64,000 nt of DNA from Podarcis filfolensis (lineage: Eukaryota). The stretch is from the NCBI GenBank assembly GCA_964270895.1, contig OZ185446.1; one strand, 5' to 3'. The position numbers were made by a program, and so were the translations under genes. The number at the start of each line of letters is the position of its first letter. Within the stretch, counting starts at the first letter, position 1. This document shows positions 52,301-59,917 of the stretch, in pieces. Below the pieces are notes generated by a model that worked only from the letters and a program-made list of their open reading frames with translations, searched no databases and was not told the DNA's origin.

Positions 52301-55300
52301 AAAGACATTATTAAAACCTTCTAAATCCAAAATGTCTGTGTTTTCAAGAAGCAGCCATTCTTTCAGCCAGCAAAATGCGGCCGATTCATAATAGAGTTTC
52401 AGGTCTGGCAGGGCGAAACCACCTCTTTCTCTTACATCGGTTAATATTTTAAATTTTATTCTAGGCTTCTTGCCCTGCCAGACGAATCTAGAAATATCCT
52501 TCTGCCACTTCTTGAAACAATCCATCTTGTCCACAATTTGCAAAGATTGAAACAGAAATAACATCCTTGGCAATACATTCATCTTTATAGCCACAATTCT
52601 TCCCAACAAGGAAAGCTTCAAGTTTGACCATATCTCTAGATCTTTCTTCACTTCTAGCCAACATTTCTCATAGTTATCTTTAAACAAGTTTAGATTCTTA
52701 GCAGTCATATTAACCCCCAAATATTTAACCTTCTTTACTATTGTTAGGCCTGTCTCCTTCTGAAACCTGTCTTTCTCAATCGGTGTTAAATTTTTCTCAA
52801 GAACTTTTGTTTTAGATTTATTCAGCTTAAAACCAGCCATCTGCCCAAATTCTTGGATCACTTCCAAAACTCTTTTCGAACTAGATTCTGGCTCCTGTAA
52901 TGTTAAAACTAAGTCATCTGCAAAAGCTTTCAATTTATATTGCTTAGCTCCGACCTGAATGCCTTTTATCAAACGGTCCCTTCTAATCATATTCAATAAT
53001 ACCTCCAGGACTGTGATAAATAACAATGGGGAAATTGGGCAGCCTTGTCGTGTACCTTTCTCTATCTTAAATCCCTCTGTCACCATATTATTCACAATTA
53101 ATTTAGCCTTTTGTTCTGAGTAAATTGCACTTATACCATTTTCAAACCCTTGACCCACCCCCATCCCCTGAAGATTTTTCTTCATAAAACTCCAAGAAAT
53201 GTTGTCAAAGGCTTTCTCCGCATCTATAAAGATTAAAACTGCTTTGGTGTTTATATTCACTTGCAACTTCTCCAAGATATTGATTATGTTCCTTGTATTG
53301 TCCGACAAGTGTCTACCCGGGAGAAAGCCCGCTTGGTCCTTATGAATCTCTTCCAGTAGTACTTTCTTTAGTCTATTTGCCAAAATGTCCGCAAATATTT
53401 TGTAATCCACATTAAGAAGGGATATGGGGCGGTAGTTCTTAAGTTGCGTCTTTTCAGACTCAGTTTTTGGTATAAGTGTAATATAAGCTTCCTGCCACGA
53501 CTCCGGCGCCTTTTTCCCCTCTAGTATCTCATTGCATACCTCCATTAGTGGTCGAATTAACCAATCTTTCAAAACTCTATAGTATTTGGAGGTTAAGCCG
53601 TCTGGTCCTGGAGATTTGCCCAACTGCATGTTCCGAATGGCACCCTCCACTTCCTGTTCTGTAATTTTGTCACTCAACATTATCCTCTTTTCTTGAGAGA
53701 TTTTTTGTAATCCGTTTTTCCTCAGAAATTGGTCTAATTCGACCTCTTTCTGTGGCCCTTGTGTATAAAGTTGTTTGAAAAATCTCTGGAAGCAGTTTCT
53801 AATTTCCAATGGGTTCTGTATAATCTTTCCATTTACTTCCAAATTTGTTATGGTATTTAGTTTCTGTCTTTTCTTCATCTGCCATGCAAGCAGTTTCCCA
53901 CATTTGTTAGCCGATTCAAAAGACTTTTGTCTCATCTGTTTAATTTTCCATTCCACTTCCTGATTTATCATTCTCATATATTGTACTTGATATAACTTAA
54001 TTTCTCTCAGAATCTCTTGGGATTTTGGTTTCGCTCTTAATCTTTTCTCTCCTTTTATTTTTTCCAAAATTTTATCTTTTTTCTCATTTTGAGTTCTCTT
54101 CTTTATTGCATTCTGTTGAATCAAAAACCCTCGCATGACCGCTTTGCCTGCATCCCAGACTGTTCTTTTTTCCACCGTAGTGTTTAAATTTATCTCAAAA
54201 TAGTCTCTCAATGTTTTTTGGGCCTTCTTAATCACCTCCTGATTTCTAAACAGGGCGTCATTCATCCTCCATCTGAAGGAGCCGATTGGCATTAGTTTCA
54301 TCTCCATCTTTATTGCATTGTGGTCGGAGCAAGTTTTGGGGCAGATTTCCACTTTTCGAATCTTAGGTGCCAGTCCTCTAGTTATCCATATTTGATCAAT
54401 TCTTGTCCATGTCATATTGGCTTCAGAGAAGAATGTTCCCTCTCTTCCAAGGGGGTTCTTAGTTCTCCAAGTGTCAATCAAGTCCATATTGTCAGTCAAT
54501 TCAAAGAAAGTTTTGGGTAGTCTTCCATCTTTAGTTACCACCTGTCTTTGTGACTTATCCATGTTAGTAGATACCACTCCATTCATATCTCCCATCAAAA
54601 TGATGTTATAGTCCATATAGTCCAACAATGTCTCGTGCAATTTCTTAAAAAATTCAGATTTCCCCTCATTTGGTGCATATACTCCTAAAATCAAATATTT
54701 TTCACCTTGTAGTTGAATCTCAATTGCAATAAACCTTCCTTGTTCATCTTTAAAAACAAATTTCGGTGATAGGCTCTCTTTAGCGTATATAACAACTCCT
54801 CTCTTTTTGACTTTGTCCGATGAAATAAATTCTTGACCCAATCTTTTATTAATAAGAACTTTCCTGTGGAGCCTTACCACATGAGTTTCCTGCAAGCAAA
54901 TTAGATCCAATTGGTCCTTTTTCAATATATGAAATACTTTCCTCCTCTTCTCCAGCGAGTTAAAACCGTGAATGTTCCAACTTAATAATTGCAGAGACAT
55001 GGTGTGATTATTTTAATTTCCTCCAGCCGCTCCCAAGAGCTCGTCAAGTTCTTGCGGTGGTATCTTCTTTTTTGATTTGTCAAATTCCAAAGGTGGTGGT
55101 GCTGTGCCAGCTCCTGGTCTCAAGGCTTTTGGCAGATCTGTCGCTTCCTTTTGTAGATCTTCTTCAAAATCTCTCAGAAATTTTTCCTTATCTTCCACTG
55201 ATCTGATTCTGAACTTTTTCCCCTTAAATGTAAAGGACAGTCCCTGGGGGAACTCCCATCTGAAAACAATAGTATTCTTTCTCAACAAGGCCACCAAGTC

Positions 55301-57948
55301 TCCGTAGTTAGTTCTCAAATCCAAAAGGTGTTTCGGAATATCTTTAAAAATCTCCGCTCTGGTCTCATTAATCTCTAGGGTCTTCTGGAAGTGAGCACTC
55401 AATATTTTGTCTCGTTCCTCTTTCGATCGGAGGGTCACCAAACAGTCTCTCACCCTGTTTTTCCTCCCTCCTCTTCCAAGTCTGAAGGCGCTCACTATCT
55501 TGAAATCTTTATCCAGCTCCAAGTTCCAGAATTTCTGAAATTCCTGTGAAAGATAGTCATTCAAATTGTCTCTCTCAAGTTCTGGCACCGCCCTGATCCT
55601 CAGGTTTGTCTGTCTCTCTCTCAATTCAACCATAGACAATAAGGCCTGGTGGTCCCCAATCTGTTTACGTATTGGTTTGATTTCTTCCTCCACAGCCACA
55701 GCTTTTTCTTTTGCCTCCTCGGCTATTTTCCTAGTAGTCGCAGATTCCTCCAACAGTTTTTCTATAGCTTTGGTATTTGAGTTAATACTGGCTGTGTTCC
55801 CTTTAATTTCAGCTGACTGATCTGAGACCTGTTTACTTAGGCCTTCCAATTTTTCGTAGATTTTATTCAACACAGATGTAAATTCCCCTTCTGAGGCCAT
55901 TCCTTTTGGCTCAATTTGCCCTGGGTCTTCCTCCTGAGGTTCAGGGAGGCCAGGCACAGATGCCCTACGTTGCTGGGAGATTGAAGTAGATTGTTGGACT
56001 TTGACCTTGGATCTTGTTGCTCTTTGGTCAGTCATTCCCCTTTATCTTCAGTCAAGGTCAATTCCCACAGGCAAGCCTTGTAGTGGAAAGTCCCCAAAGT
56101 TAACAGTGGAAAATTCCTCCAGTCAAGTATTAACTTCAATAGTCCTCTAGGGGGACACAGTGGCTACCATAAAATTCTCAATAGCCAGACAAATAAGTCT
56201 TTTTGTAGCTTTCCGTGTCCCCTCTTTAATTGAAACTAAGTATTCAGATCAGTAAAACTCAGAAATGTATCTTCTTGCAGAGTTAGATCAAATATTTACT
56301 GTATCCACAGTCAATGCGAGCTCAAATGTAGCAAACCTCGTTAATCTGACAGACCGTTCCCATGAGAGTTCAAATAAAAAGTCTTTTTAAATTCCCAGAA
56401 GATCCCCAGAAGAAATACAGTCACTTTCTCAACTTCCCCTACAGGGGAGTTCTCTCTTTTGGTGCTTAGAGTTAAAGTTGAACGATCCACATTAAAGTAA
56501 TAGCGCAAAAAGGTCTTTGCTTTGATCTTTTACAAAGCGGAAAGGCGGACTTCCTGTTTACACCTTTCCGCTTCGGAGCCCAAATTCAATCCTTTTTGTT
56601 CTCAAATCCAAATTTCTTAAGTCCCCCTACTCACGGGTGTTCTCTTTTAGAGCCGAATTTCACAGGAAAAAGGTCAGCGCTCTCCGGCAACAGCTACGCG
56701 GCTTCGCTCTGTAGACGCAGCAATCGACCCGTAGCACCGCGCCGCTCCCGCTGCACACCGGAACCCCTTTCGGGGCTCCCTCGCAAAAACGGGGGGCGCA
56801 AAAGGTGCCTGCTGGGTCCCACGCTCGCAGGCTCTTTCTGCCTGCGATTTCAGATCGGGTCCCCGCTTCGCCGTAGCGGAACAGACCCACTTTCTACAGG
56901 GCTTCTCCTCCTACTCAGAAGGAGACCGCCATTGCCGTTGGCACCGCCTCCGGAAGTTCCCATATATCATTCTAAGGAAGCAATCCTACTCTTACCTGAG
57001 AGAAAATCCTATTGAGCTCATTGAGAATTGTCTCAGGCACCATTTTAAAACAAATACAATTTAAGTAGCACAAAGCATTTTTTCTAGCCTAAAGGTTTAA
57101 AGTTTCTGTAAGACAATCCATTCAACACCCACTTTTTGGAACTCTCTGCCTGGTAAAATTAGGTACTTTCCACTGTATTGCTTTTGGTGTTTGCAATAAT
57201 TTTTATTTTTGCAAGCCAACTGAGGCATGTAACTTTAACATGTGATTCCATTATGCACAATTGTTTTTAAAATGCTAGTTTCATATTCAGGTAGCTTGTT
57301 TTTAATGTTTAGTCCCATTGGTATTTTATAATTAATATTTGAGAGGTCTTCTGTTGAGTACGTGGTATGTGGTTTTTGTATGTTTGTTAAATACATCAAA
57401 TGGCCATAAAGCCTATATTGGACACCTGATTTCTCCTTTGTGTTATGCTACACATCAACATCATTTGCTTCACTTAGTTTCCCTATACTGCAGGTAACAG
57501 CACAGTCTATGGAGTCCAGAAATGGCAAAGTCTCTGTCCTCAGGCAGGTAACTCTAGACATTTAATTGGCTAAGGTGCAGGAGAAGATTGCTTGCCTGCC
57601 TTGCACATACAGAAACAGACTGGGCTGGTATTTGACTTACTGCAATAGGAGTAATGGGATGGAGTCCTCAGCCTCACCCAAGGGCAGCAGGGTCATTGTG
57701 GGGGTAAAGGACAGGTCTTGGGGCAGACATAACTCTATCTTACCAGAGCCAGGGACCTCAGGGGCAAACAACCAGCAGCTTCTACGGCCTGAGACAGTAG
57801 CCTTGCTCAACCTATAACATCCTCTCTGTGGTGACAATACAGCATAGTGGTGTAATCCAGCCACACCTTCCACATTAGCACCTGCCTGGAAACCCAGATC
57901 CTAAGCGGCTGCAAATACAACAGCCTAATTAGCAACTTACTTACCCAT
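33036..57948 (-). CDS. MED1-like gene: divergent paralogue of Mediator subunit 1, N-terminal structured region only, ~527 aa, 17 coding exons
   Basis: join(57948-57945, 50189-50086, 49259-49178, 48915-48861, 47634-47502, 46638-46610, 46264-46193, 46105-46031, 45890-45820, 44172-44107, 41650-41542, 40798-40668, 40204-40092, 38297-38102, 36634-36539, 34956-34848, 33174-33036) = 1584 nt. All phases are consistent with no internal stop. MED1 hallmarks: KFSQKPWSET, CYITS..FYIE, GYLNPRSGG, ACFFL, RQAAYNTLISSCV, FSVTFQHP, RCMSIPVLMRAI. Exon 1 is the least certain. Confidence 0.9.
33386..33703 (-). mobile_element. Sauria SINE (5' part degraded)
   Basis: aaaggtaaagg tail plus gtttaccttcc...cctatttatctacttgcac...ttcgaactgctaggttggcag body, reverse of the 43694 copy. 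Confidence 0.8.
34848..34956 (-). CDS. MED1-like exon 16
   Basis: 109 nt; (V)MVDVLSSRDVMCTLHTHSEDGALICSNDYLTRVLK(R). Confidence 0.9.
35815..36015. mobile_element. L2 3'-end fragment(s) with (AAT)n and (ATT)n microsatellites at both ends
   Basis: ttgttggaagccacccagagaggctggggaaacccagccagatgg...tataaa is the L2 3' motif also at ~27305-27372, 42448-42510 and 47832-47864. Confidence 0.65.
36539..36634 (-). CDS. MED1-like exon 15
   Basis: 96 nt; (D)SSDLLHFDVFQQKATSFSVTFQHPLEENLAC(V). Confidence 0.92.
37056..37200 (+). mobile_element. tRNA-derived squamate SINE
   Basis: ggccgtagctcagtggcaga A-box head and degenerate B box, followed by non-tRNA body. Confidence 0.55.
38102..38297 (-). CDS. MED1-like exon 14
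   Basis: 196 nt; SLPGCPKHSYFLDKGIEKSDMAGAMVKKIPFTHPKCVPDMIEVLRRQAAYNTLISSCVSETTECE. Confidence 0.93.
38418..38586. mobile_element. Tc2-like (CCGTA-terminus) MITE, degenerate
   Basis: TA-ccatatttatttgagtctaatg...cattagatttgagtaaatacga-TA imperfect TIRs. Confidence 0.6.
40092..40204 (-). CDS. MED1-like exon 13
   Basis: 113 nt; (G)LPVARVKPGPLHELIVQFALSENHPHGLIASTSSFIV. Confidence 0.85.
40668..40798 (-). CDS. MED1-like exon 12 (NAGNAG acceptor, GC donor)
   Basis: 131 nt; (G)SPRFLPLKEVISAPLSACFFLMFYQNCPFPLSSTSIHKLQELT(G)|GCATGT. Confidence 0.85.
40882..41140. mobile_element. Two adjacent degenerate hAT-like MITE fragments
   Basis: Repeated tgttgttggac(t/ta)caactccca(t/c)ca motif, related to 23097-23292. 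Confidence 0.5.
41542..41650 (-). CDS. MED1-like exon 11
   Basis: 109 nt; (G)LKIDGRKVLVIIGGADAVHRLPLAPSLVNSPTGGD(G). Confidence 0.87.
42448..43065 (-). mobile_element. 5'-truncated L2-clade LINE fragment
   Basis: ORF VHALVISCLDYCNVLYVGLPLK...LIQNAAARLVT...LHWLPV...FKVLVLIFKAL plus L2 3' end. Confidence 0.88.
43694..44051 (+). mobile_element. Full-length, young Sauria SINE
   Basis: tRNA head (tggcgctgtgg A box, ggttcgaatccc B box), CpG-rich body, acctttacct tail; 13-bp TSD TAAGCCACTTTGA at 43681-43693 and 44052-44064. Confidence 0.93.
44107..44172 (-). CDS. MED1-like exon 10
   Basis: 66 nt; (G)SPMNLEFYLSPYQILEEQLTP(G)|gtgagt. Confidence 0.88.
44649..44879. mobile_element. pogo/Tigger-like MITE
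   Basis: CAGTGGTACCTC...GAGGTACCACTG TIRs. Confidence 0.8.
45410..45645. mobile_element. pogo/Tigger-like MITE
   Basis: agtgggaacctcgggttacg...cgtaaccggaggtaccactg-TA. Confidence 0.75.
45820..45890 (-). CDS. MED1-like exon 9
   Basis: 71 nt; (R)TPGMDRVTEILCGKVGYLNPRSG(G); the phase-compatible acceptor has a weak pyrimidine tract. Confidence 0.85.
46031..46105 (-). CDS. MED1-like exon 8
   Basis: 75 nt; (S)ETKSKVFAAFLALEKDLCSLSALS(R). Confidence 0.9.
46193..46264 (-). CDS. MED1-like exon 7
   Basis: 72 nt; (R)MENFDAFGNMLADMLNIYQIPGS(S). Confidence 0.9.
46610..46638 (-). CDS. MED1-like exon 6 (29-nt microexon)
   Basis: ttcatcttctag|TCEDLLQLL(R)|gtacat; bridges phase 0 to phase 2 exactly. Confidence 0.85.
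46880..46941 (+). mobile_element. CR1 LINE 3' end
   Basis: ggtcccttccaactcc...attctatgattctatg octamer tail. Confidence 0.7.
47502..47634 (-). CDS. MED1-like exon 5
   Basis: 133 nt; (G)LNYYVSPSGAVCYITSKSFYIEIHLEKDGKVVDVRLAHPGKKPL. Confidence 0.93.
47865..48123 (+). mobile_element. Solo LTR (259 bp) nested in an L2 3' tail
   Basis: TGTTA...TAACA termini, TATA-like tttatataag (~48008), AATAAA (48062-48067); diverged 5-bp flanks agcca/ggtca. Confidence 0.65.
48861..48915 (-). CDS. MED1-like exon 4
   Basis: 55 nt; (A)GPLAATMNKLSLLSNRK(G)|gtaagt. Confidence 0.88.
49178..49259 (-). CDS. MED1-like exon 3 (GAG acceptor)
   Basis: 82 nt; DKHSWTSSKTSESPISICLEKIQRTLH(A)|gtaatc; acceptor (TC)n-tttctcggtGAG|. 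Confidence 0.8.
49271..49320. repeat. (AG)25 microsatellite, the polypyrimidine tract of MED1-like exon 3
   Basis: Perfect dinucleotide run 11 nt upstream of the acceptor on the minus strand. Confidence 0.95.
50086..50189 (-). CDS. MED1-like exon 2
   Basis: 104 nt; (D)PAKSGSANDIMEKLRLKFSQKPWSETMELVRLSM|gtaag. Confidence 0.92.
50218..50538. mobile_element. Degenerate hAT-like MITE
   Basis: Imperfect TIRs gagggtgtggaaaacctt / aaggttccccacccctg. Confidence 0.55.
51266..55000 (-). CDS. L1 ORF2p: APE endonuclease, reverse transcriptase, Cys-rich domain (1244 aa)
   Basis: SWNIHG, LQETH, GDMNG, RIDQIW, SDHN; YRPISLLNVDYKI, QGCPISPLLF, FADD; CWKC...HLWWTC. Confidence 0.97.
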   Translation of the reverse strand: MSLQLLSWNIHGFNSLEKRRKVFHILKKDQLDLICLQETHVVRLHRKVLINKRLGQEFISSDKVKKRGVVIYAKESLSPKFVFKDEQGRFIAIEIQLQGEKYLILGVYAPNEGKSEFFKKLHETLLDYMDYNIILMGDMNGVVSTNMDKSQRQVVTKDGRLPKTFFELTDNMDLIDTWRTKNPLGREGTFFSEANMTWTRIDQIWITRGLAPKIRKVEICPKTCSDHNAIKMEMKLMPIGSFRWRMNDALFRNQEVIKKAQKTLRDYFEINLNTTVEKRTVWDAGKAVMRGFLIQQNAIKKRTQNEKKDKILEKIKGEKRLRAKPKSQEILREIKLYQVQYMRMINQEVEWKIKQMRQKSFESANKCGKLLAWQMKKRQKLNTITNLEVNGKIIQNPLEIRNCFQRFFKQLYTQGPQKEVELDQFLRKNGLQKISQEKRIMLSDKITEQEVEGAIRNMQLGKSPGPDGLTSKYYRVLKDWLIRPLMEVCNEILEGKKAPESWQEAYITLIPKTESEKTQLKNYRPISLLNVDYKIFADILANRLKKVLLEEIHKDQAGFLPGRHLSDNTRNIINILEKLQVNINTKAVLIFIDAEKAFDNISWSFMKKNLQGMGVGQGFENGISAIYSEQKAKLIVNNMVTEGFKIEKGTRQGCPISPLLFITVLEVLLNMIRRDRLIKGIQVGAKQYKLKAFADDLVLTLQEPESSSKRVLEVIQEFGQMAGFKLNKSKTKVLEKNLTPIEKDRFQKETGLTIVKKVKYLGVNMTAKNLNLFKDNYEKCWLEVKKDLEIWSNLKLSLLGRIVAIKMNVLPRMLFLFQSLQIVDKMDCFKKWQKDISRFVWQGKKPRIKFKILTDVRERGGFALPDLKLYYESAAFCWLKEWLLLENTDILDLEGFNNVFGWHAYLWYDKVKAHKAFKNHIVRKALFNVWLRYKDLLENKTPRWLSPMEAKALKKSNMEAKWPKYWEILEQEGDKLKLQSFEKLKDKVRDWLHYFQIREAYNMDKKIGFQVEKSKLETELLEPKTKILSRMYNLLLKWNTQDETVKSAMIKWAQDVGHNIMFADWERLWTTGMKFTACNALRENIMKMIYRWYMTPVKLAKIYHLPDNKCWKCKESEGTFFHLWWTCPKIKAFWEMIYNEMKKIFRYTFLKKPEAFLLGMVGQLVPKKDRNFFMYATTAARILIAKYWKTQELPTLEEWQMKLIDYMELAEMTDRIRDLGEELVEEDWKKFKDYLQKYYKINEC
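55013..56035 (-). CDS. L1 ORF1p: coiled coil, RRM, CTD (340 aa)
   Basis: Heptad-rich N-terminal half, then RQTNLRIRAVPE, FRLGR, IFKDI...RTNY, FRWEFPQGLSF motifs, immediately upstream of ORF2. Confidence 0.93.
   Translation of the reverse strand: MTDQRATRSKVKVQQSTSISQQRRASVPGLPEPQEEDPGQIEPKGMASEGEFTSVLNKIYEKLEGLSKQVSDQSAEIKGNTASINSNTKAIEKLLEESATTRKIAEEAKEKAVAVEEEIKPIRKQIGDHQALLSMVELRERQTNLRIRAVPELERDNLNDYLSQEFQKFWNLELDKDFKIVSAFRLGRGGRKNRVRDCLVTLRSKEERDKILSAHFQKTLEINETRAEIFKDIPKHLLDLRTNYGDLVALLRKNTIVFRWEFPQGLSFTFKGKKFRIRSVEDKEKFLRDFEEDLQKEATDLPKALRPGAGTAPPPLEFDKSKKKIPPQELDELLGAAGGN
57945..57948 (-). CDS. MED1-like exon 1, coding part (ATG G); the exon may extend to an acceptor at 58044
   Basis: gaaATGG|GTAAGT: good Kozak context, perfect donor, phase 1 matching exon 2, in-frame TAA shortly upstream. 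Confidence 0.6.
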
Positions 57949-59917
57949 TTCTGTTTCTGCAGCTGTTTAAATTGCTGAAGCCAGTAGACAGGAAGTAACC
58001 TCCTAACAGCCTCTCCTGTTTTCTCACTTCCTCCCTCTGTCTACCTAAGAATGGTAGTAGCAGCACCTGGTTGAGATACCCTGGATTTAAGTAAACTGAA
58101 GCCTCAAAGGCCACATGTGCAGTGGGAGAGAATCTTAATTGACAGGGTTGCCAACTTCCTCTATTTTTACACTGCATGTGCTTCTATGCCTTTAATATCA
58201 TCCTAGCCCACAGAGATTTAGCAGGCTCGTGTGGAAGTAAGAGTTCATCTATATATTTCCTTTCTCTCTAATGTGACCAGGTGCAAACTGGTGCAACAGC
58301 TTTGTGGATATGAGATTTCTGCGTAATTCTGCAAATGGTTTGGGCTACTGTACCCTTAAAAGCTGCCTAGAAGAGCGAATCTTAATAGGTGCACTGAATA
58401 ACGGGGTGTGTGCACACACCATACAGTCACAGCACCCACCCCATAAACACTGAGAGCTCTAGTTTACCCCTTACGGAGCCACAATTCCTAGCACACTTAA
58501 TGAACTTCTGCACAACTATTTAAGGTAAAGGAGCCTTGTCCTCCTTTGTGCTTTGTCGCTCCACCATAACAACACGGTGATTGTGATGGGGGTGTGACAT
58601 AACCCACAAAGAGCAGAAAAAGAGACAGGAGCACAACATTGTTGTAATACGTGTGCATGAAAGTATAAACTTGAGCCCTGAACACAAGCTGCAAGTGGGT
58701 GTGATTTTGCAGCCTCTAGTCTACACCCTCTGTCTTCTCAGTTTTTCTCTCTTCTGGCTTCCTGGAACAGCAAGGAGCCCTGTGGCCAGTGGCTTCCGAC
58801 ATTTGAACTAAATCTCTCCAAACAGAAGATTTTACAGCATGCATCTTTCCTAACCCAACTTAAATAGCTGTCTCTTCAAGTAAAGCTCTGAGGTGGCTTC
58901 TGGTTAAGAAATTGTGTGGGAATATGCACACAAATATGCACACACACATACAGTCTTACACAATACCCAGATGGCATTATATTACACTGTCTAAAATTTT
59001 TTGTGTATTCCAATGTTATGTCAATGGCAATATTAATACAGTATCAACTTTTCATTTAGCTTGACAGCCTAATCAGTCTTTAGTCATCATGGCTTCATGG
59101 AGTAAGATCACCAGCCTACACTGTGACGTTTTCAAGATGTTTGGAAAGGACTGTAAGTAGGGTAGTATCAGCACAAGAGAGGACAGATCAGTTACTATTT
59201 GGTGTTGTTGTTCCATGTGCATGGTATGTATTGCAGTTCAGTGTTGACTGTACAAGGGAATCAGGCTGAACTGCACGGAAAGAGGACAAGAGAATGAAGT
59301 GATAATAGGAAAGATTGAATACCAATGTCAATTAAATTGAATCCTCCACAAAAAATGAGGATGTTCAGCAGACGTTCTTCACAACCAGCTCAGTATGCAG
59401 AGGGAATGTTTTCATTTCATTGCAATCGTAAATTTCAAAGGCACAGAGAGATAAAATATTGGCATTTCAATCAGCACAGCTTCACACACCCACTGAGCTC
59501 AGCCAACTCTGCATTGAAAGCTTTAAGAAAGAAAGCCTATAAGATATCCATGAGATTACTTACAAGATTTTAAGGGATGGAATTTTATGAAATCCTTATA
59601 ACTAAGCCTGGTGCCTTTGAAATATCCTTTGAGCTCCCCTGAGCACATATAAGAGGAATGGAAGCAGCAGAATAAATACATATGCTTAATAAATAAAGTC
59701 AGAATCACAAAGCAAACATGTGTTCATGGGGAAACATGAGGAAGCCCGAACTCTCTGAAGCAAATATAACATTGACTCGCTCTGGCTGGTGATCGAATAC
59801 TTAGAAATTTAACAAATCTAAACTATTTCTTAGCATGTTCGTCAAAGGGAAAGAGGTTTCTGGATTTGTTGTTGTTGTTGTTTTAGCATGTCTCCATATG
59901 TGCTGTCTTAAGCAATA

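Larger units (their letters stand above)
50843..56958 (-). mobile_element. Full-length L1-clade LINE, ~6.1 kb, both ORFs intact
   Basis: TSD CCCATATATCATTCTA at 50827-50842 and 56959-56974 (1-2 C's ambiguous); ~920-bp 5'UTR with CpG-rich start; ORF1, 12-nt spacer, ORF2; U-rich 3'UTR, AATAAA (50860-50865), short poly(A). Confidence 0.97.

Noticed and set aside
56596-57015. 139-aa antisense ORF in the L1 5'UTR (ORF0-like?)
   Set aside because: Starts at a non-ATG codon, runs out of the element into flanking DNA, and has no recognisable motif.
33036-57948. Calling this gene the true MED1 orthologue
   Set aside because: Vertebrate MED1 N-termini are very highly conserved, whereas this protein is heavily diverged, lacks the long last exon and sits at the RALA/YAE1 locus. 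No gene symbol was assigned.
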